IMG/VR virus record: IMGVR_UViG_2534681832_000043
DNA from: a virus
Taxonomy: Duplodnaviria; Heunggongvirae; Uroviricota; Caudoviricetes
Length of the DNA stretch: 21,095 bases
Direction: 5' to 3' (one strand)
Notes under the pieces: generated by a model
Database searches by the model: none
What the model was told of the DNA's origin: nothing
Seen by the model: only the letters and a program-made list of their open reading frames with translations
In this document: one piece after another, positions 1 to 9,456 of the stretch
Position numbering within the stretch: position 1 is the stretch's first letter
Layout: every line of letters begins with the position of its first letter
Translations under genes and position numbers: made by a program

Positions 1-1260
1 ATGCCAAAACTCACAGATATGCAGATCCGCGCATGGATAAAGGCGGGAGACAGATTTGATGGCAAGGCAGACGGCAACGGCCTTTATATTTGCTACCCCA
101 AAAACTACACAGTCCCGTTCTGGCGATTCCGCTATAAGCTCGCAGGAAAGCAGCGGGCTATGGTTATAGGCTCTTACTCCGAACTGTCACTATCAAAAGC
201 CAGAGAAACAGCAAAAGAGCTGTCAGCCAGAGTTGCTCTTGGCTATGACGTAGCAGCAGAGAAACAGGAACGAAAAGCTGAAGCACTGGCAAAAATGGAG
301 GCTGAGAAAAACGCCATGCGTGTTTCAGATCTGGCCTCCGAATACTTCGAGCGCCAGATACTTCCGAGATGGAAACATCCCGATATCCTTCGCCGGAGAA
401 TTGATAAGGATATTAACCCCTGCATTGGGCATATGAAGGTAGAGGACGTTAAGCCACGTCACATTGACGACATGTTGAAAGGTATCGTTGACCGAGGAGC
501 ACCAACGATAGCAACAGATGTATTACGCTGGACACGCCGTATCTTTGACTATGGGATAAAACGCCACGCTCTGGAGATAAACCCTTGTTCAGCGTTTGAA
601 GTATCTGATGCTGGTGGTAAAGAGGTTTCCCGCGACCGTTGGCTAACTCGCGATGAGCTTATCAGGCTATTCGAGGCTATGCGCACCGCAAAAGGATTCA
701 GCCGCCAGAACGAACTGACATTTAAGCTATTGCTGGCACTATGCGTTCGTAAGATGGAGTTATGCGCCGCACGATGGGAAGAGTTTGATTTAGATGGTGC
801 GGTATGGCATTTGCCGGAAGAACGCAGCAAAAACGGAGACCCTATTGATATACCTCTACCTTCCCCAGCCGTTGAATGGTTGAGAGAGCTACACACCTTT
901 TCATGTAATAGCGCATGGGTGCTTCCAGCCAGGAAAATGCAAAACAGAATGATCCCACATATTCAGGAAAGCACTTTACCCGTAGCACTGGCTAAGGTTC
1001 GCGCCGAAATGCCGGATGTGCCTAATTTCACGATTCACGACTTCCGACGCACCGCACGTACTCATTTAGCAGCGTTGGGTGTTGATCCTGTCGTGGCGGA
1101 ACGATGCCTCAATCATCGCATTAAGGGCGTAGAGGGGATTTATAACCGCCATCAGTATTTTGATGAGCGTAAAGCAGCACTGGCACTGTGGGCTGATCTG
1201 CTGGTGGCACTGGAAAGCGGAAAAGACTACAACGTAACGCCTCTCAGAAGGGCGAACTAA
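1..1260 (+). CDS. P4-type tyrosine site-specific integrase
   Basis: 419-aa ORF. The C-terminal catalytic region reads HDFRRTARTHLAALG...CLNHRIKGVEGIYNRHQY, fitting the R..HxxR..Y tyrosine recombinase signature. The N-terminal region (GLYICYPKNYTVPFWRFRYKLAGKQR) is typical of the P4 integrase arm-binding domain. The window begins at its ATG. Confidence 0.92.
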   Translation: MPKLTDMQIRAWIKAGDRFDGKADGNGLYICYPKNYTVPFWRFRYKLAGKQRAMVIGSYSELSLSKARETAKELSARVALGYDVAAEKQERKAEALAKMEAEKNAMRVSDLASEYFERQILPRWKHPDILRRRIDKDINPCIGHMKVEDVKPRHIDDMLKGIVDRGAPTIATDVLRWTRRIFDYGIKRHALEINPCSAFEVSDAGGKEVSRDRWLTRDELIRLFEAMRTAKGFSRQNELTFKLLLALCVRKMELCAARWEEFDLDGAVWHLPEERSKNGDPIDIPLPSPAVEWLRELHTFSCNSAWVLPARKMQNRMIPHIQESTLPVALAKVRAEMPDVPNFTIHDFRRTARTHLAALGVDPVVAERCLNHRIKGVEGIYNRHQYFDERKAALALWADLLVALESGKDYNVTPLRRAN

Positions 1261-1355
1261 CTGAATAGATTGAGCCTAGCTCGACGGGGCGAAAAGCGGG
1301 AAGCCTTACCGCCTGGCTCAATCACAAAATAAGGCGCAGCGTAAAAGGTGACGCA

Positions 1356-2321
1356 ATGAACGACTCTCATGAAACAACTGCGGTGCATAGAAATTTATGG
1401 CAGGAATCAGGTATCCCACCTTTGGACTACTGCACGATAGAGCGAGCATCAAAATTATTAAATTGTGAAATTGATGATATATGGCATTGGAAAGATAGAC
1501 TACATATAGACTTTTATGTCTATGCTGACTTTCTTGATTTCATTGAAGCTGATGCCACCATCCACTTCAAAAAAGATGCTGATTTTATAACTGATTTATT
1601 ACTTATGTACCCAGAAGAAGTAAGGTTTACATTTCCTTTTCTTATTACCAGCGCAAGCAACGAAGTTTATATCCCAGCATCTGAAAGCGGTGCTTATGAG
1701 CTATTTTATGCACATAAACCACTGACAGTTGAAGACAGAGACAATAAAAATGTTTTTGAACAAATTGGCAAAAACTCTTTTATTGTAAGAAAATCAATTG
1801 CATGTGGATTGTTGCGTGTACGCGGTAGTACAACACGACATTATCATTCACAAGAATGTGGAGAGCCATATGTGCGACTTGAAGCAACATTTGATTGTGA
1901 TCTATATAAATTCAAAATGCAAAGTTCCCAGATTCACCTGAGTAGCCTGTCAGATAAAAACATTTATATAACAAAGGCTGATTTAGAATATCTTCACGAC
2001 GCAAAGGTTAATGGAAGTTTTGACGCAGCTAAGAGCAAAAAACGATACGAAATGGCGGTAGAACAGGAACTAATACCTGAAATAAAAAATAGCAACCATA
2101 ATGCCGAGAGACATGCTGAAAACAGGGAAAAACTTTTCAAATCAGCAATATATCTTTTGTCAAAGTATCCTGATGAATGCCGTGGCAAAAAGAAAGAAAT
2201 AAGCCCTGAGAAGTGGCGGGATTGCATAGTGGCTCATAAAGACGAAATTCCACCGTTAGCAATCACAAATGAAGATGTGATTTTGAGACACTTACGTGCT
2301 GCCGCCAACGGTAAGGGGTAG
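1356..2321 (+). CDS. hypothetical protein, AT-rich orphan cargo gene between integrase and alpA
   Basis: 321-aa ORF with a purine-rich stretch (aaaaggtga) just upstream of the ATG. It is markedly more AT-rich than the flanking integrase and alpA genes. No motif recognised by eye. It occupies the same slot as yfjH in E. coli CP4-57 (int-yfjH-alpA). Confidence 0.6.
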   Translation: MNDSHETTAVHRNLWQESGIPPLDYCTIERASKLLNCEIDDIWHWKDRLHIDFYVYADFLDFIEADATIHFKKDADFITDLLLMYPEEVRFTFPFLITSASNEVYIPASESGAYELFYAHKPLTVEDRDNKNVFEQIGKNSFIVRKSIACGLLRVRGSTTRHYHSQECGEPYVRLEATFDCDLYKFKMQSSQIHLSSLSDKNIYITKADLEYLHDAKVNGSFDAAKSKKRYEMAVEQELIPEIKNSNHNAERHAENREKLFKSAIYLLSKYPDECRGKKKEISPEKWRDCIVAHKDEIPPLAITNEDVILRHLRAAANGKG

Positions 2322-2435
2322 AGTAGCTAACTATTCAGGCACAGTATCATTACTGTGCCTTTTTATTGTTCATATATGTACAGATACTTCCTCCCGTAAC
2401 GAAGCAACAACTATCGCTAAGAGGTTACGGGAAGC

Positions 2436-2639
2436 ATGAACACCGACACTATTCCTACAAAAGGCTATATCAGACGCTTCCGCCTGGCTGAATTGCTGGG
2501 CGTTAGTGTATCCACCATCGACCGTAAAGTAAGAAACGGTTCACTACCACGTCCGGTAAAGCTGGGAGAAAAAATAACTGCGTTTGATGCGGTTGAGATT
2601 CACAACTGGCTGGCAGAACGCCGCGGGAAGGTGGCCTGA
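2436..2639 (+). CDS. alpA: AlpA-family phage transcriptional regulator / excisionase-like DNA-binding protein
   Basis: 67-aa ORF. The helix-turn-helix segment LAELLGVSVSTIDRKVRNGSLPRP and overall size match the Phage_AlpA family; it lies where alpA sits in P4-like islands. Confidence 0.8.
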   Translation: MNTDTIPTKGYIRRFRLAELLGVSVSTIDRKVRNGSLPRPVKLGEKITAFDAVEIHNWLAERRGKVA

Positions 2640-3070
2640 TGGAAAAGAAAAACCGCCCATTACAGGCGGCTAATTCAGATATTCGCGTATCTGATGTTAC
2701 GCCCCTTACAAAATCCCTTCAAGAACCAAAGCGCACACCGAAAAAGCATCGTGCCAGAGTCTATATGCTTCGTACTGGTATAGAGGGATGGACAGAAAAT
2801 GACATTCTTCGCTACTGCCGTCTGTCTTCTGGTCGTAACTATGCAACAGAGTTAGAACGCCAGCTTGGAATCACTCTGGAGCGTATCGACGAAAAGAATC
2901 CTGATGGTATCGGAACACACCTTCGCTACCGTTTCTCCTGCCGTGGTGATGTTCTGAAAGTGATCACTCATGTTAACCATCTTGCGAACATAAATGATCA
3001 CAACGGACTTTCTCAGCAGGAAATTGCCGACATTCTGAAACTCTACCCGAACGCGTTTAACGCCGCCTAA
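2639..3070 (+). CDS. hypothetical protein
   Basis: 143-aa ORF whose start overlaps the alpA stop (TGATG), indicating translational coupling. No motif recognised. Confidence 0.55.
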   Translation: MEKKNRPLQAANSDIRVSDVTPLTKSLQEPKRTPKKHRARVYMLRTGIEGWTENDILRYCRLSSGRNYATELERQLGITLERIDEKNPDGIGTHLRYRFSCRGDVLKVITHVNHLANINDHNGLSQQEIADILKLYPNAFNAA

Positions 3071-3082
3071 CGGAGACTGAAA

Positions 3083-3916
3083 ATGAACATCGAAAAAAGC
3101 AGATTAATTTCTGAGGCCGCCCCTCATCTGAACGCCTCTCTGGGCACAATTAACGGTAATGAATTTGCCGCAATTGTTCCGGTTATTCCTGGTCATATCG
3201 GTGGGCGTGAAACCAATATTGTTAGCGCAAAAGCGTTACACAAAGCGTTGGGCGTGGGAAAAGACTTCTCTACATGGATCACTGATCGCATCTCTGAATA
3301 TGACTTCACCATTGGGCACGATTACTCAGTCCATAAAACAATTTCCCCAAATTTGGGGAAAAGCCCGAATGGCACGGCTTACAGCAAGATTAAGCACTCT
3401 GGCAGACCCGGCAAAGACTATCTGTTAAGTGTCGGAATGGCGAAAGAACTGGCAATGATCGAACGCAATGATCAGGGTCGCGCTATCCGCCGTTATTTCA
3501 TCCAGTGCGAGGAAGAATTACAGCGTAGCGTTCCTGAAATCGCCGCCCGCTATCTTCGCCAGCTAAAAGCCCGTATCAGTGCCGCAAACAACTTTAAGCC
3601 AATGTGCGATGCGCTGAATATGGCCCGTGCCGAGCAGGGGAAAACGACGCAGCAACACCACTACACAAACGAGAGCAATATGATTTCTCGTATCGTTCTT
3701 GGTGGGCTAACTGCTAAGCAGTGGGCGCGGATAAATGGCTATTCTGGCGAACCTCGCGACCATATGAACGCAGAACAACTTGAGCACCTCTCATATCTCG
3801 AAAGCACCAATATCACGTTAATTGATATGGGCATGGAATATGAGCAGCGCAAAGGAGAACTCACCCGCCTGTCGCAACGCTGGCTCGCTAAGCGTCTGGA
3901 GGTGGTCCATGTTTAA
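3083..3916 (+). CDS. phage antirepressor-like protein (AntA/Rha-type N-terminal region)
   Basis: 277-aa ORF with GGAGA RBS. Segments LGVGKDFSTWITDRI and MAKELAMIERNDQGRAIRRYFIQCEEE resemble phage antirepressor families, judged from memory. Confidence 0.55.
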   Translation: MNIEKSRLISEAAPHLNASLGTINGNEFAAIVPVIPGHIGGRETNIVSAKALHKALGVGKDFSTWITDRISEYDFTIGHDYSVHKTISPNLGKSPNGTAYSKIKHSGRPGKDYLLSVGMAKELAMIERNDQGRAIRRYFIQCEEELQRSVPEIAARYLRQLKARISAANNFKPMCDALNMARAEQGKTTQQHHYTNESNMISRIVLGGLTAKQWARINGYSGEPRDHMNAEQLEHLSYLESTNITLIDMGMEYEQRKGELTRLSQRWLAKRLEVVHV

Positions 3917-4091
3917 GCCGACAGGAACACCACAACCTCAAAAACGCTACAAGGATGCCCACGGAGCACTCGTTACTGTCGAAAGCGTGTCTCACAACCG
4001 AGTGACGTTTTATCGCGACGGGTATCAATCGCCATGCGTACAACCGCTGGCGCGCTTCATGAAGGAGTTCGCGGAGGTTAACAAATGCTAA
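3909..4091 (+). CDS. small hypothetical protein
   Basis: 60-aa reading from the ATG at 3909, in frame with track ORF 3822..4091 and overlapping the previous stop by 8 nt. The start is uncertain. Confidence 0.4.
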   Translation: MFKPTGTPQPQKRYKDAHGALVTVESVSHNRVTFYRDGYQSPCVQPLARFMKEFAEVNKC

Positions 4092-4707
4092 CCGTCCAGA
4101 AGAAGATATTTTCACTGGCTGGTATGTCGCCAAAATCCAGCAATATGACAGCAAAGTCTGGCATTAATACAGCAGATACAAGCAAAGTTTATCATTTTCT
4201 GGTGGTGGGAGCGGATGCCTTAACTATGTCAGAAATTACGGTCGATGGTGTTAGCGTTGAGAAGGTCGGCGGCTGCGCCAGAGAATTTCTGGTCGTAGAT
4301 GGCTTTCTCTGCTCGCGTAGTGACTCCACAAAAACCTTCGTCCACACGCGCGACGTTAACGAAATGAGCGCGATGTATTGTGCATCTGGTGCTTCCAATA
4401 GTGAGTTTTCGGAGTCCATAAAAAAGAGCTTGCCGTTATGCGGCAACACGGTTTATGGTTATAAGGCACCTCATAAAACGGGTGCCGGGATTGGCCTCCC
4501 GCTGACAATCGAGGCGATACATGACGCGCCAGCGTCTTTTTTTGTATCGGCGCACACGCACACCTTATCAATGGTGGGCTGTATGGGGCTACCTTCGGGT
4601 AGGCTGGTTTCCTTGATTGCCAGTAAGGCCAACTCCGTACAGTCCACCGCCAGCAAGATTGGTCTCTTGGGCGGTGGCTATAAACCATCAATCAAGGAGG
4701 CTGCCAC
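4092..4707 (+). ncRNA. putative structured leader / regulatory RNA region upstream of the primase operon (P4 CI-RNA-like position)
   Basis: The track ORF 4085..5113 is implausible as one gene: its composition is odd and every alternative frame is weak. The region contains a UUCG-tetraloop hairpin (CTACC-TTCG-GGTAG, 4579..4592), a GC-rich hairpin (CCACCGCC..GGCGGTGG, 4644..4677) and a terminator-like hairpin with T-tract (4523..4543). A strong AAGGAGG RBS serves the next gene at 4708. Confidence 0.3.
4523..4543 (+). terminator. candidate intrinsic terminator or attenuator inside the leader
   Basis: GACGC-gcca-GCGTC hairpin followed by seven T. The stem is short (5 bp), so this is marginal. 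Confidence 0.3.
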
Positions 4708-4902
4708 ATGCTGGCTACTACCCCTACCCAAAAACCGCAATTTATCTGGATTATCGCCGCAGTTCGCCGCGATTGCCCGACAATTACCGCCAAAATTCAT
4801 CATATTGCTGCCGAGTCTGAACGCGATGCTCGCCGTTCTCTGGTGCGCGATCACGTCTGCTTTTTTGCTGGTCGTATCCGCATGGAGGTGGCACATGATT
4901 AA
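4708..4902 (+). CDS. small hypothetical protein
   Basis: 64-aa ORF preceded by a consensus Shine-Dalgarno AAGGAGG 7 nt upstream of the ATG. Its stop overlaps the next start (ATGATTAA). Confidence 0.6.
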   Translation: MLATTPTQKPQFIWIIAAVRRDCPTITAKIHHIAAESERDARRSLVRDHVCFFAGRIRMEVAHD

Positions 4903-5113
4903 AACCTACGATGTGCATATGGACCCCCTCGAACGCACAAGCCAGATCATCACACTGACAGAAGTGATTAATGACATTCTGGTGAGCAACTCTCCCTCAC
5001 GAGACGAAAAACTGAAGGCGTTACTCGCGATATTGGATCTCGCCGTTCGTGACGTTCATTTCCTGCTGGAAGGTGGCGAAATGCCAGTAAAAACGGGGGC
5101 AACCAATGAATAA
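4897..5113 (+). CDS. small hypothetical protein
   Basis: 72-aa reading from the internal ATG at 4897 of track ORF 4085..5113. It is translationally coupled to the upstream gene, and its stop overlaps the next gene. Confidence 0.5.
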
Positions 5114-5300
5114 CTCAATTAATACCCCTCGCCTTACGTCCGCACTTCAATTAATCGAGCAAGCAGCGGCTGTCCTGGTTGCTGTCAGTCTTTCGGCTGA
5201 AGAAATGGACGCTGCTGATGTCGTGGATGCGATTAAAGCGTGCTCATCTTTGGTTAACGATGCCCGTGCCGAGCTGGTAATTCTTGGGGGTGAAAAATGA
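5106..5300 (+). CDS. small hypothetical protein
   Basis: 64-aa ORF in the overlapping gene chain. Confidence 0.5.
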   Translation: MNNSINTPRLTSALQLIEQAAAVLVAVSLSAEEMDAADVVDAIKACSSLVNDARAELVILGGEK

Positions 5301-5560
5301 ATATCAACTTAATTTATCGTCATCCGTGTGAGCTGGAAATTGAATCATTGCTGGGGCGTGAAGAGCCATATCCAGACACATTCACTCCCGCAGATTGCGC
5401 GACTGAACGGCTTACCAGAGCGCGCACAGGTCTGGTTCATGTGATGAATGAGATTGTTCCCTCGGTGGGAGGGGAACAGGCGACAGTAATCAATAGCTGG
5501 CTACAAAAAGTTACCTCCCTGATAGATATCGGTTTAATCGATGTGGAGAGTGCGAAATGA
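5297..5560 (+). CDS. small hypothetical protein
   Basis: 87-aa ORF; start overlaps the previous stop (ATGA). Confidence 0.55.
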   Translation: MNINLIYRHPCELEIESLLGREEPYPDTFTPADCATERLTRARTGLVHVMNEIVPSVGGEQATVINSWLQKVTSLIDIGLIDVESAK

Positions 5561-5778
5561 CCAACATCCAGCTCATTGAAGCGCAATGTCGCATCGAACA
5601 GGTTCAGACTGTTTTAGGGTTCTGGCTTGAAGGGGCCAGCCCCAGCAACAGAGACAAGTTAATGATTGGCGCGGTTATGTCACTGCTCAATGGCGTACCA
5701 GAAGCTATTCAGGAAGCGGACGAATTGTTGGGCAAATATGAGTTACAGAATCATTCAGGCGAGGCGAAACATGAATAA
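5557..5778 (+). CDS. small hypothetical protein
   Basis: 73-aa ORF; start overlaps the previous stop (ATGA). Confidence 0.55.
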   Translation: MTNIQLIEAQCRIEQVQTVLGFWLEGASPSNRDKLMIGAVMSLLNGVPEAIQEADELLGKYELQNHSGEAKHE

Positions 5779-6373
5779 TTTCTTAACTTTCCATGCAGAA
5801 GCAACGCCTGACGGCGTAAACATCATGTACCGCAGCAACGATGGCATGACAGAACGCGTTGAGGCCGTCTCATATATTGATGCCGTAAATCGTCTGGATG
5901 CCGGGGATTATGACGATAAACCAGATGAAGGTATGTCAATACATCTCGCTATAGCCGATGGCGGTAACCAGGGATATTTCGATTACACATCACAGCATAA
6001 CGTCATTATGTGGAGATGGCTGATCGCAACAGTATTCATGCTGGAAATGAGAGAGGAAAACGGCACTGTCAGCATCATTGATGACAGTGGCAATCATTCC
6101 GTGGTTTCTGTTTATTCCAATGGCATCGTCGCCATGCCGCTGTATCCAGTAGCAGAGCGCCTCGCTATGGCAAACAACATTGAGGGCGCGATGATAGAAC
6201 GTTTTGGCATCGAGTCTGGCACAGAACGCGCCATCATTTTCTACAGAGCCATGATGGATGTGGAACAAGGAGCACTGACTCCATTTGGTCGTGAAACGCT
6301 TGCTGAACTTCACAACAGCTTTATAGCTGAACTGAATGAAAACGGCATGCCAGCGGAACCAGTGACGCACTGA
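5771..6373 (+). CDS. hypothetical protein
   Basis: About 200 aa from the ATG at 5771 (MNNFLTFHAEATPDG...), in frame with track ORF 5666..6373 and overlapping the previous stop. Confidence 0.6.
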   Translation: MNNFLTFHAEATPDGVNIMYRSNDGMTERVEAVSYIDAVNRLDAGDYDDKPDEGMSIHLAIADGGNQGYFDYTSQHNVIMWRWLIATVFMLEMREENGTVSIIDDSGNHSVVSVYSNGIVAMPLYPVAERLAMANNIEGAMIERFGIESGTERAIIFYRAMMDVEQGALTPFGRETLAELHNSFIAELNENGMPAEPVTH

Positions 6374-6383
6374 GGATGGAACC

Positions 6384-6725
6384 ATGATTACTAAAAATTT
6401 CCGACTGAATGCGCTGGCAAATAAGTATGCGTCGGCACTGTATAACCACATTACCTCCACCAGCGGCGGGGACTATTTCATGGTTGATGCGGACGGCGAG
6501 GCCGTCCGTGTGGAAATCGTCAATGGAGTAAAAGGCGTTCGCAGCCTGATCGATAGCTACACACTGGCAGCCATGAAAGTGTTCTACCCGCAGTGGGAAA
6601 CCGTGGGGATCGAGCTTCTTGATCGTTGCGTCACTAAGGACGGATTGACTGACGTCGGGCGTGAGATATGGCAAAGCATGGTTAATGACATGGGCGCAAC
6701 TGTAGCGGGAGGTTCTCATGCGTGA
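6384..6725 (+). CDS. hypothetical protein
   Basis: 113-aa ORF preceded by GAGGATGG; its stop overlaps the next start. Confidence 0.6.
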   Translation: MITKNFRLNALANKYASALYNHITSTSGGDYFMVDADGEAVRVEIVNGVKGVRSLIDSYTLAAMKVFYPQWETVGIELLDRCVTKDGLTDVGREIWQSMVNDMGATVAGGSHA

Positions 6726-7089
6726 AAATGCAGAAATGGCGCTTAGCTCCGCAATCGGAGAGCAGGTGGCAAAGATTGCTGGTGCTGTGTGGATTCATAA
6801 CCTTCATTCTACTGGTGAAGAGAAAATGGCAATTCAGACGCCAGAGGGACGCACCATTACTACATCTCTGAAGCCGTCAGATGTTTGTGATCTGATTTGC
6901 GCATTCATGTACCCAGCAATGAGGACTGTCCACGGCGATAAGTGGAAACTTGCGACAACCGCTGAATTTGATATGTGGCTAAACAATGATGGCATGCTGA
7001 CTGATTACGGAATAACCAAGTGGCAGATGCTGGTTAGCCATATCGCAAACGCTATAGACCACGTGGGGTACGGTGATGCGAAACATTGA
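6718..7089 (+). CDS. hypothetical protein
   Basis: 123-aa ORF that overlaps the primase start. Confidence 0.6.
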   Translation: MRENAEMALSSAIGEQVAKIAGAVWIHNLHSTGEEKMAIQTPEGRTITTSLKPSDVCDLICAFMYPAMRTVHGDKWKLATTAEFDMWLNNDGMLTDYGITKWQMLVSHIANAIDHVGYGDAKH

Positions 7090-9427
7090 TCTTATCCGTC
7101 AGGTTATCAGTGCGTCTGAAAACAACTGGCCTCATGTGCTGGGCTGCCTGAACATAAATGTCCCTGACTCTCCGCGCCGTCATGCTCCCTGCCCTGCATG
7201 TGGGGGCAAAGATCGATTCCGGTTCGATGACAACGGGCGCGGTAGCTTCATCTGTAATCAGTGCGGCGCTGGTGATGGGCTGGATTTAATTAAACGCGTA
7301 AATAACTGCGACACAACAGAGGCGGCGCTGCTTGCCGCTGATGTTCTGGGTATTGATTACCGGACAACGGAAACACCAGAAGCCACCAGCCAGAAACGGG
7401 AACAACTGGAAACCGAGCGCCAGCGACGCGAACAGGAGCGCCTGAAAAGGGCAGAGAAGGACGAACAACAAAGACGGGATACGTTTTCCCGTCAGTTTGA
7501 TGACATGCGCAGAAAGGCTGTAAACGGCAAATCTGATTATCTGGTTGCGAAAGGGGTAGGTGATTTTACATTCCCCGTGTTGCCCGATGGATCTCTGTTG
7601 CTGGCGCTGGTGGATAAATCCGGCGCAGTCACAGCAGCACAGACTATTACCTCACATGGTGAAAAAAGACTCCTGACAGGTTCGGCAAAGCGGGGGGCAT
7701 ATCACGCCATAAACGCACAGAAACGACCTCACAGCATCATAATTGCTGAGGGGGTGGCTACCGCCCTGTCGTGCCATTTAATTCGCCCTGACGCAATGAC
7801 AGTGGCAGCAATCGACGCTGGCAACCTGTTGCCAGTAGCGGAAGTCATGCGCAGAACATATCCACAGGCACAAATCATCATTGCCGCAGATAACGATCAC
7901 CAGCAAGGAAACTCCGAAAGTGGAGGGATCAACACGGGGAAAGATGCCGCAGAGAGGGCCGCTATTTCCGTAGCTGGCTGGGTGTCTCTGCCACCGACTG
8001 ACTATAAAGCCGACTGGAACGACTATCACCAACAACACGGGCTGGCGGCAGCCACAGCAGCATTTAAAGATTCGATGTACCAGCCACGGGGGAAAGGGGC
8101 GCAGGTGAAAAATCACAAACAGTCAGTCGGGGCGCTGAATGAGATCAGTTCTGGCGAGGTGTTAAGCGATGATGAAATTGCTGTCCTCGAAGAAATCAAC
8201 CGGACGTTTACGCATGTCACCATCGGCGGGAAACACAAGGTGGTGTCGCTAAAGCCTTCTCAAACCGGCGGTGTATCGCACGTTTTCGAGGATTTATCAC
8301 AATTTCAGCATTATTTTCATCATAAACCGAGAGTCGCCAGAAAGCTGGCGGGATCGGCGTGGCTGTCATGGAGTGGGAAGAACTACAAGCCAGGAGGCGT
8401 AGGATTTTATCCAGTACCAGACAAATGCCCTGACGATGTTTTTAATCTGTATGAGGGGCTGGCACTGGAACCAATTGAAGGAGATTGCACGGTATACCTT
8501 AATCACCTGTTGCAGGTTGTCTGTGCCGGTAATGAAGAGGCATACCAATATCTTATCCAGTGGATGGCGCACATTATCCAAAAGCCTGATGAAAAACCGT
8601 CCGTGGCAATCGTGATGAAATCTGTCCCGGGCACAGGGAAAGGCACAACGGTTAAACCGCTGCTGCAAATACTGGGGCAGTACGCCGCCCACATTAACGG
8701 GGCGGGACATATTTCAGGGCGCTTCAATTCAATACTTGCTAACAAGCTACTGATATTTGCTGACGAAGTGACGATCCACAAGCCGTCTGAAGCTGACAGA
8801 CTTAAAGCGATTATTAGCGAACCGACGTTTAACCTTGAGCGCAAGGGAATTGATGCTGAACCAATGCCGAATTTTGCCCGGTTGATATTTGCCAGTAACA
8901 GCACACAGGTATTACAGGCAGGGATAAGAGAGCGCCGCTATCTCGTGCTTGAGCCATCTCCTGAAAAAGCACAGAGCCGGGAGTATTTTGATCGGCTGTA
9001 CAGTTGGCTTAATGATGGCGGTGCCGCAAAGTTGCTTTGGCATCTTAAAGGGGTGGATCTCTCAGGTTTTGACCCTCAACGAGCGCCACAGACCGATGCC
9101 TTACGTGAAGAAATCTTGCTGGGGCTGTCTGGCGTTGAATTGTTTCTTTATGGCGAGCTAATCAATGAACCTCCGTTTAATGGCGAAGTCCGTTTGTTTG
9201 CAAAGGATATGGTTAGTCGGTTTGTAGCGTGGTCGCTTGAGCGTGGGGAAAAGCTTAAAGAACCAGCTGCCAGATCACTACTGGGTAAATCACTTGCACA
9301 AATGGGGCTGGTGAAGCATGGAAGACCAGACCGAGGGAATGGCGTGTTCTACGAACTACCAGAGGTCGGAGTTCTACAGGCTGCGTTTGCCCGTCTGATC
9401 GGTATGGGGGGTTATGATGTTTTTTAA
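7073..9427 (+). CDS. P4 alpha-type primase-helicase (zinc-binding primase, TOPRIM, C-terminal P-loop NTPase)
   Basis: 784-aa ORF. N-terminal Cys cluster CPACGGKDRF...CNQCG; TOPRIM-like IIIAEGVATAL and AADNDHQ; Walker A VPGTGKGTT and Walker B LLIFADEV. Size is close to the P4 alpha protein. Confidence 0.9.
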   Translation: MMRNIDLIRQVISASENNWPHVLGCLNINVPDSPRRHAPCPACGGKDRFRFDDNGRGSFICNQCGAGDGLDLIKRVNNCDTTEAALLAADVLGIDYRTTETPEATSQKREQLETERQRREQERLKRAEKDEQQRRDTFSRQFDDMRRKAVNGKSDYLVAKGVGDFTFPVLPDGSLLLALVDKSGAVTAAQTITSHGEKRLLTGSAKRGAYHAINAQKRPHSIIIAEGVATALSCHLIRPDAMTVAAIDAGNLLPVAEVMRRTYPQAQIIIAADNDHQQGNSESGGINTGKDAAERAAISVAGWVSLPPTDYKADWNDYHQQHGLAAATAAFKDSMYQPRGKGAQVKNHKQSVGALNEISSGEVLSDDEIAVLEEINRTFTHVTIGGKHKVVSLKPSQTGGVSHVFEDLSQFQHYFHHKPRVARKLAGSAWLSWSGKNYKPGGVGFYPVPDKCPDDVFNLYEGLALEPIEGDCTVYLNHLLQVVCAGNEEAYQYLIQWMAHIIQKPDEKPSVAIVMKSVPGTGKGTTVKPLLQILGQYAAHINGAGHISGRFNSILANKLLIFADEVTIHKPSEADRLKAIISEPTFNLERKGIDAEPMPNFARLIFASNSTQVLQAGIRERRYLVLEPSPEKAQSREYFDRLYSWLNDGGAAKLLWHLKGVDLSGFDPQRAPQTDALREEILLGLSGVELFLYGELINEPPFNGEVRLFAKDMVSRFVAWSLERGEKLKEPAARSLLGKSLAQMGLVKHGRPDRGNGVFYELPEVGVLQAAFARLIGMGGYDVF

Positions 9428-9456
9428 TATAGTCTTTTTACAAGAAGATCGTTTTT

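Noticed and set aside
243..896. Antisense ORFs inside the integrase gene (243..425 and 549..896, minus strand)
   Set aside because: Embedded antisense frames within a well-supported integrase gene. The same applies to other antisense or alternative-frame track ORFs inside the antirepressor (3159..3428), the primase (7286..7471, 7778..8116, 8366..8904, 8949..9161), the 701-aa gene (15760..16202, 16804..17004, 17059..17280), the gp7-like and gp20-like genes (12029..12214, 12603..13128), the transposase (13656..14105), the Abi gene (19325..19558) and the RHH gene (19720..20140).
4085..5113. Track ORF of 342 aa taken as a single protein-coding gene
   Set aside because: Implausible composition in the first 600 bp, an internal terminator-like hairpin, and a consensus AAGGAGG RBS plus a coupled start inside it. 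I split it into a non-coding leader and a 72-aa C-terminal gene (4897..5113).
5757..5775. GGCGAGGCG stretch resembling the start of the P2/P4 cos cohesive-end sequence
   Set aside because: Only a partial match to the remembered 19-nt cos sequence, and it lies inside the coding sequence of the gene at 5557..5778. Most likely coincidence.
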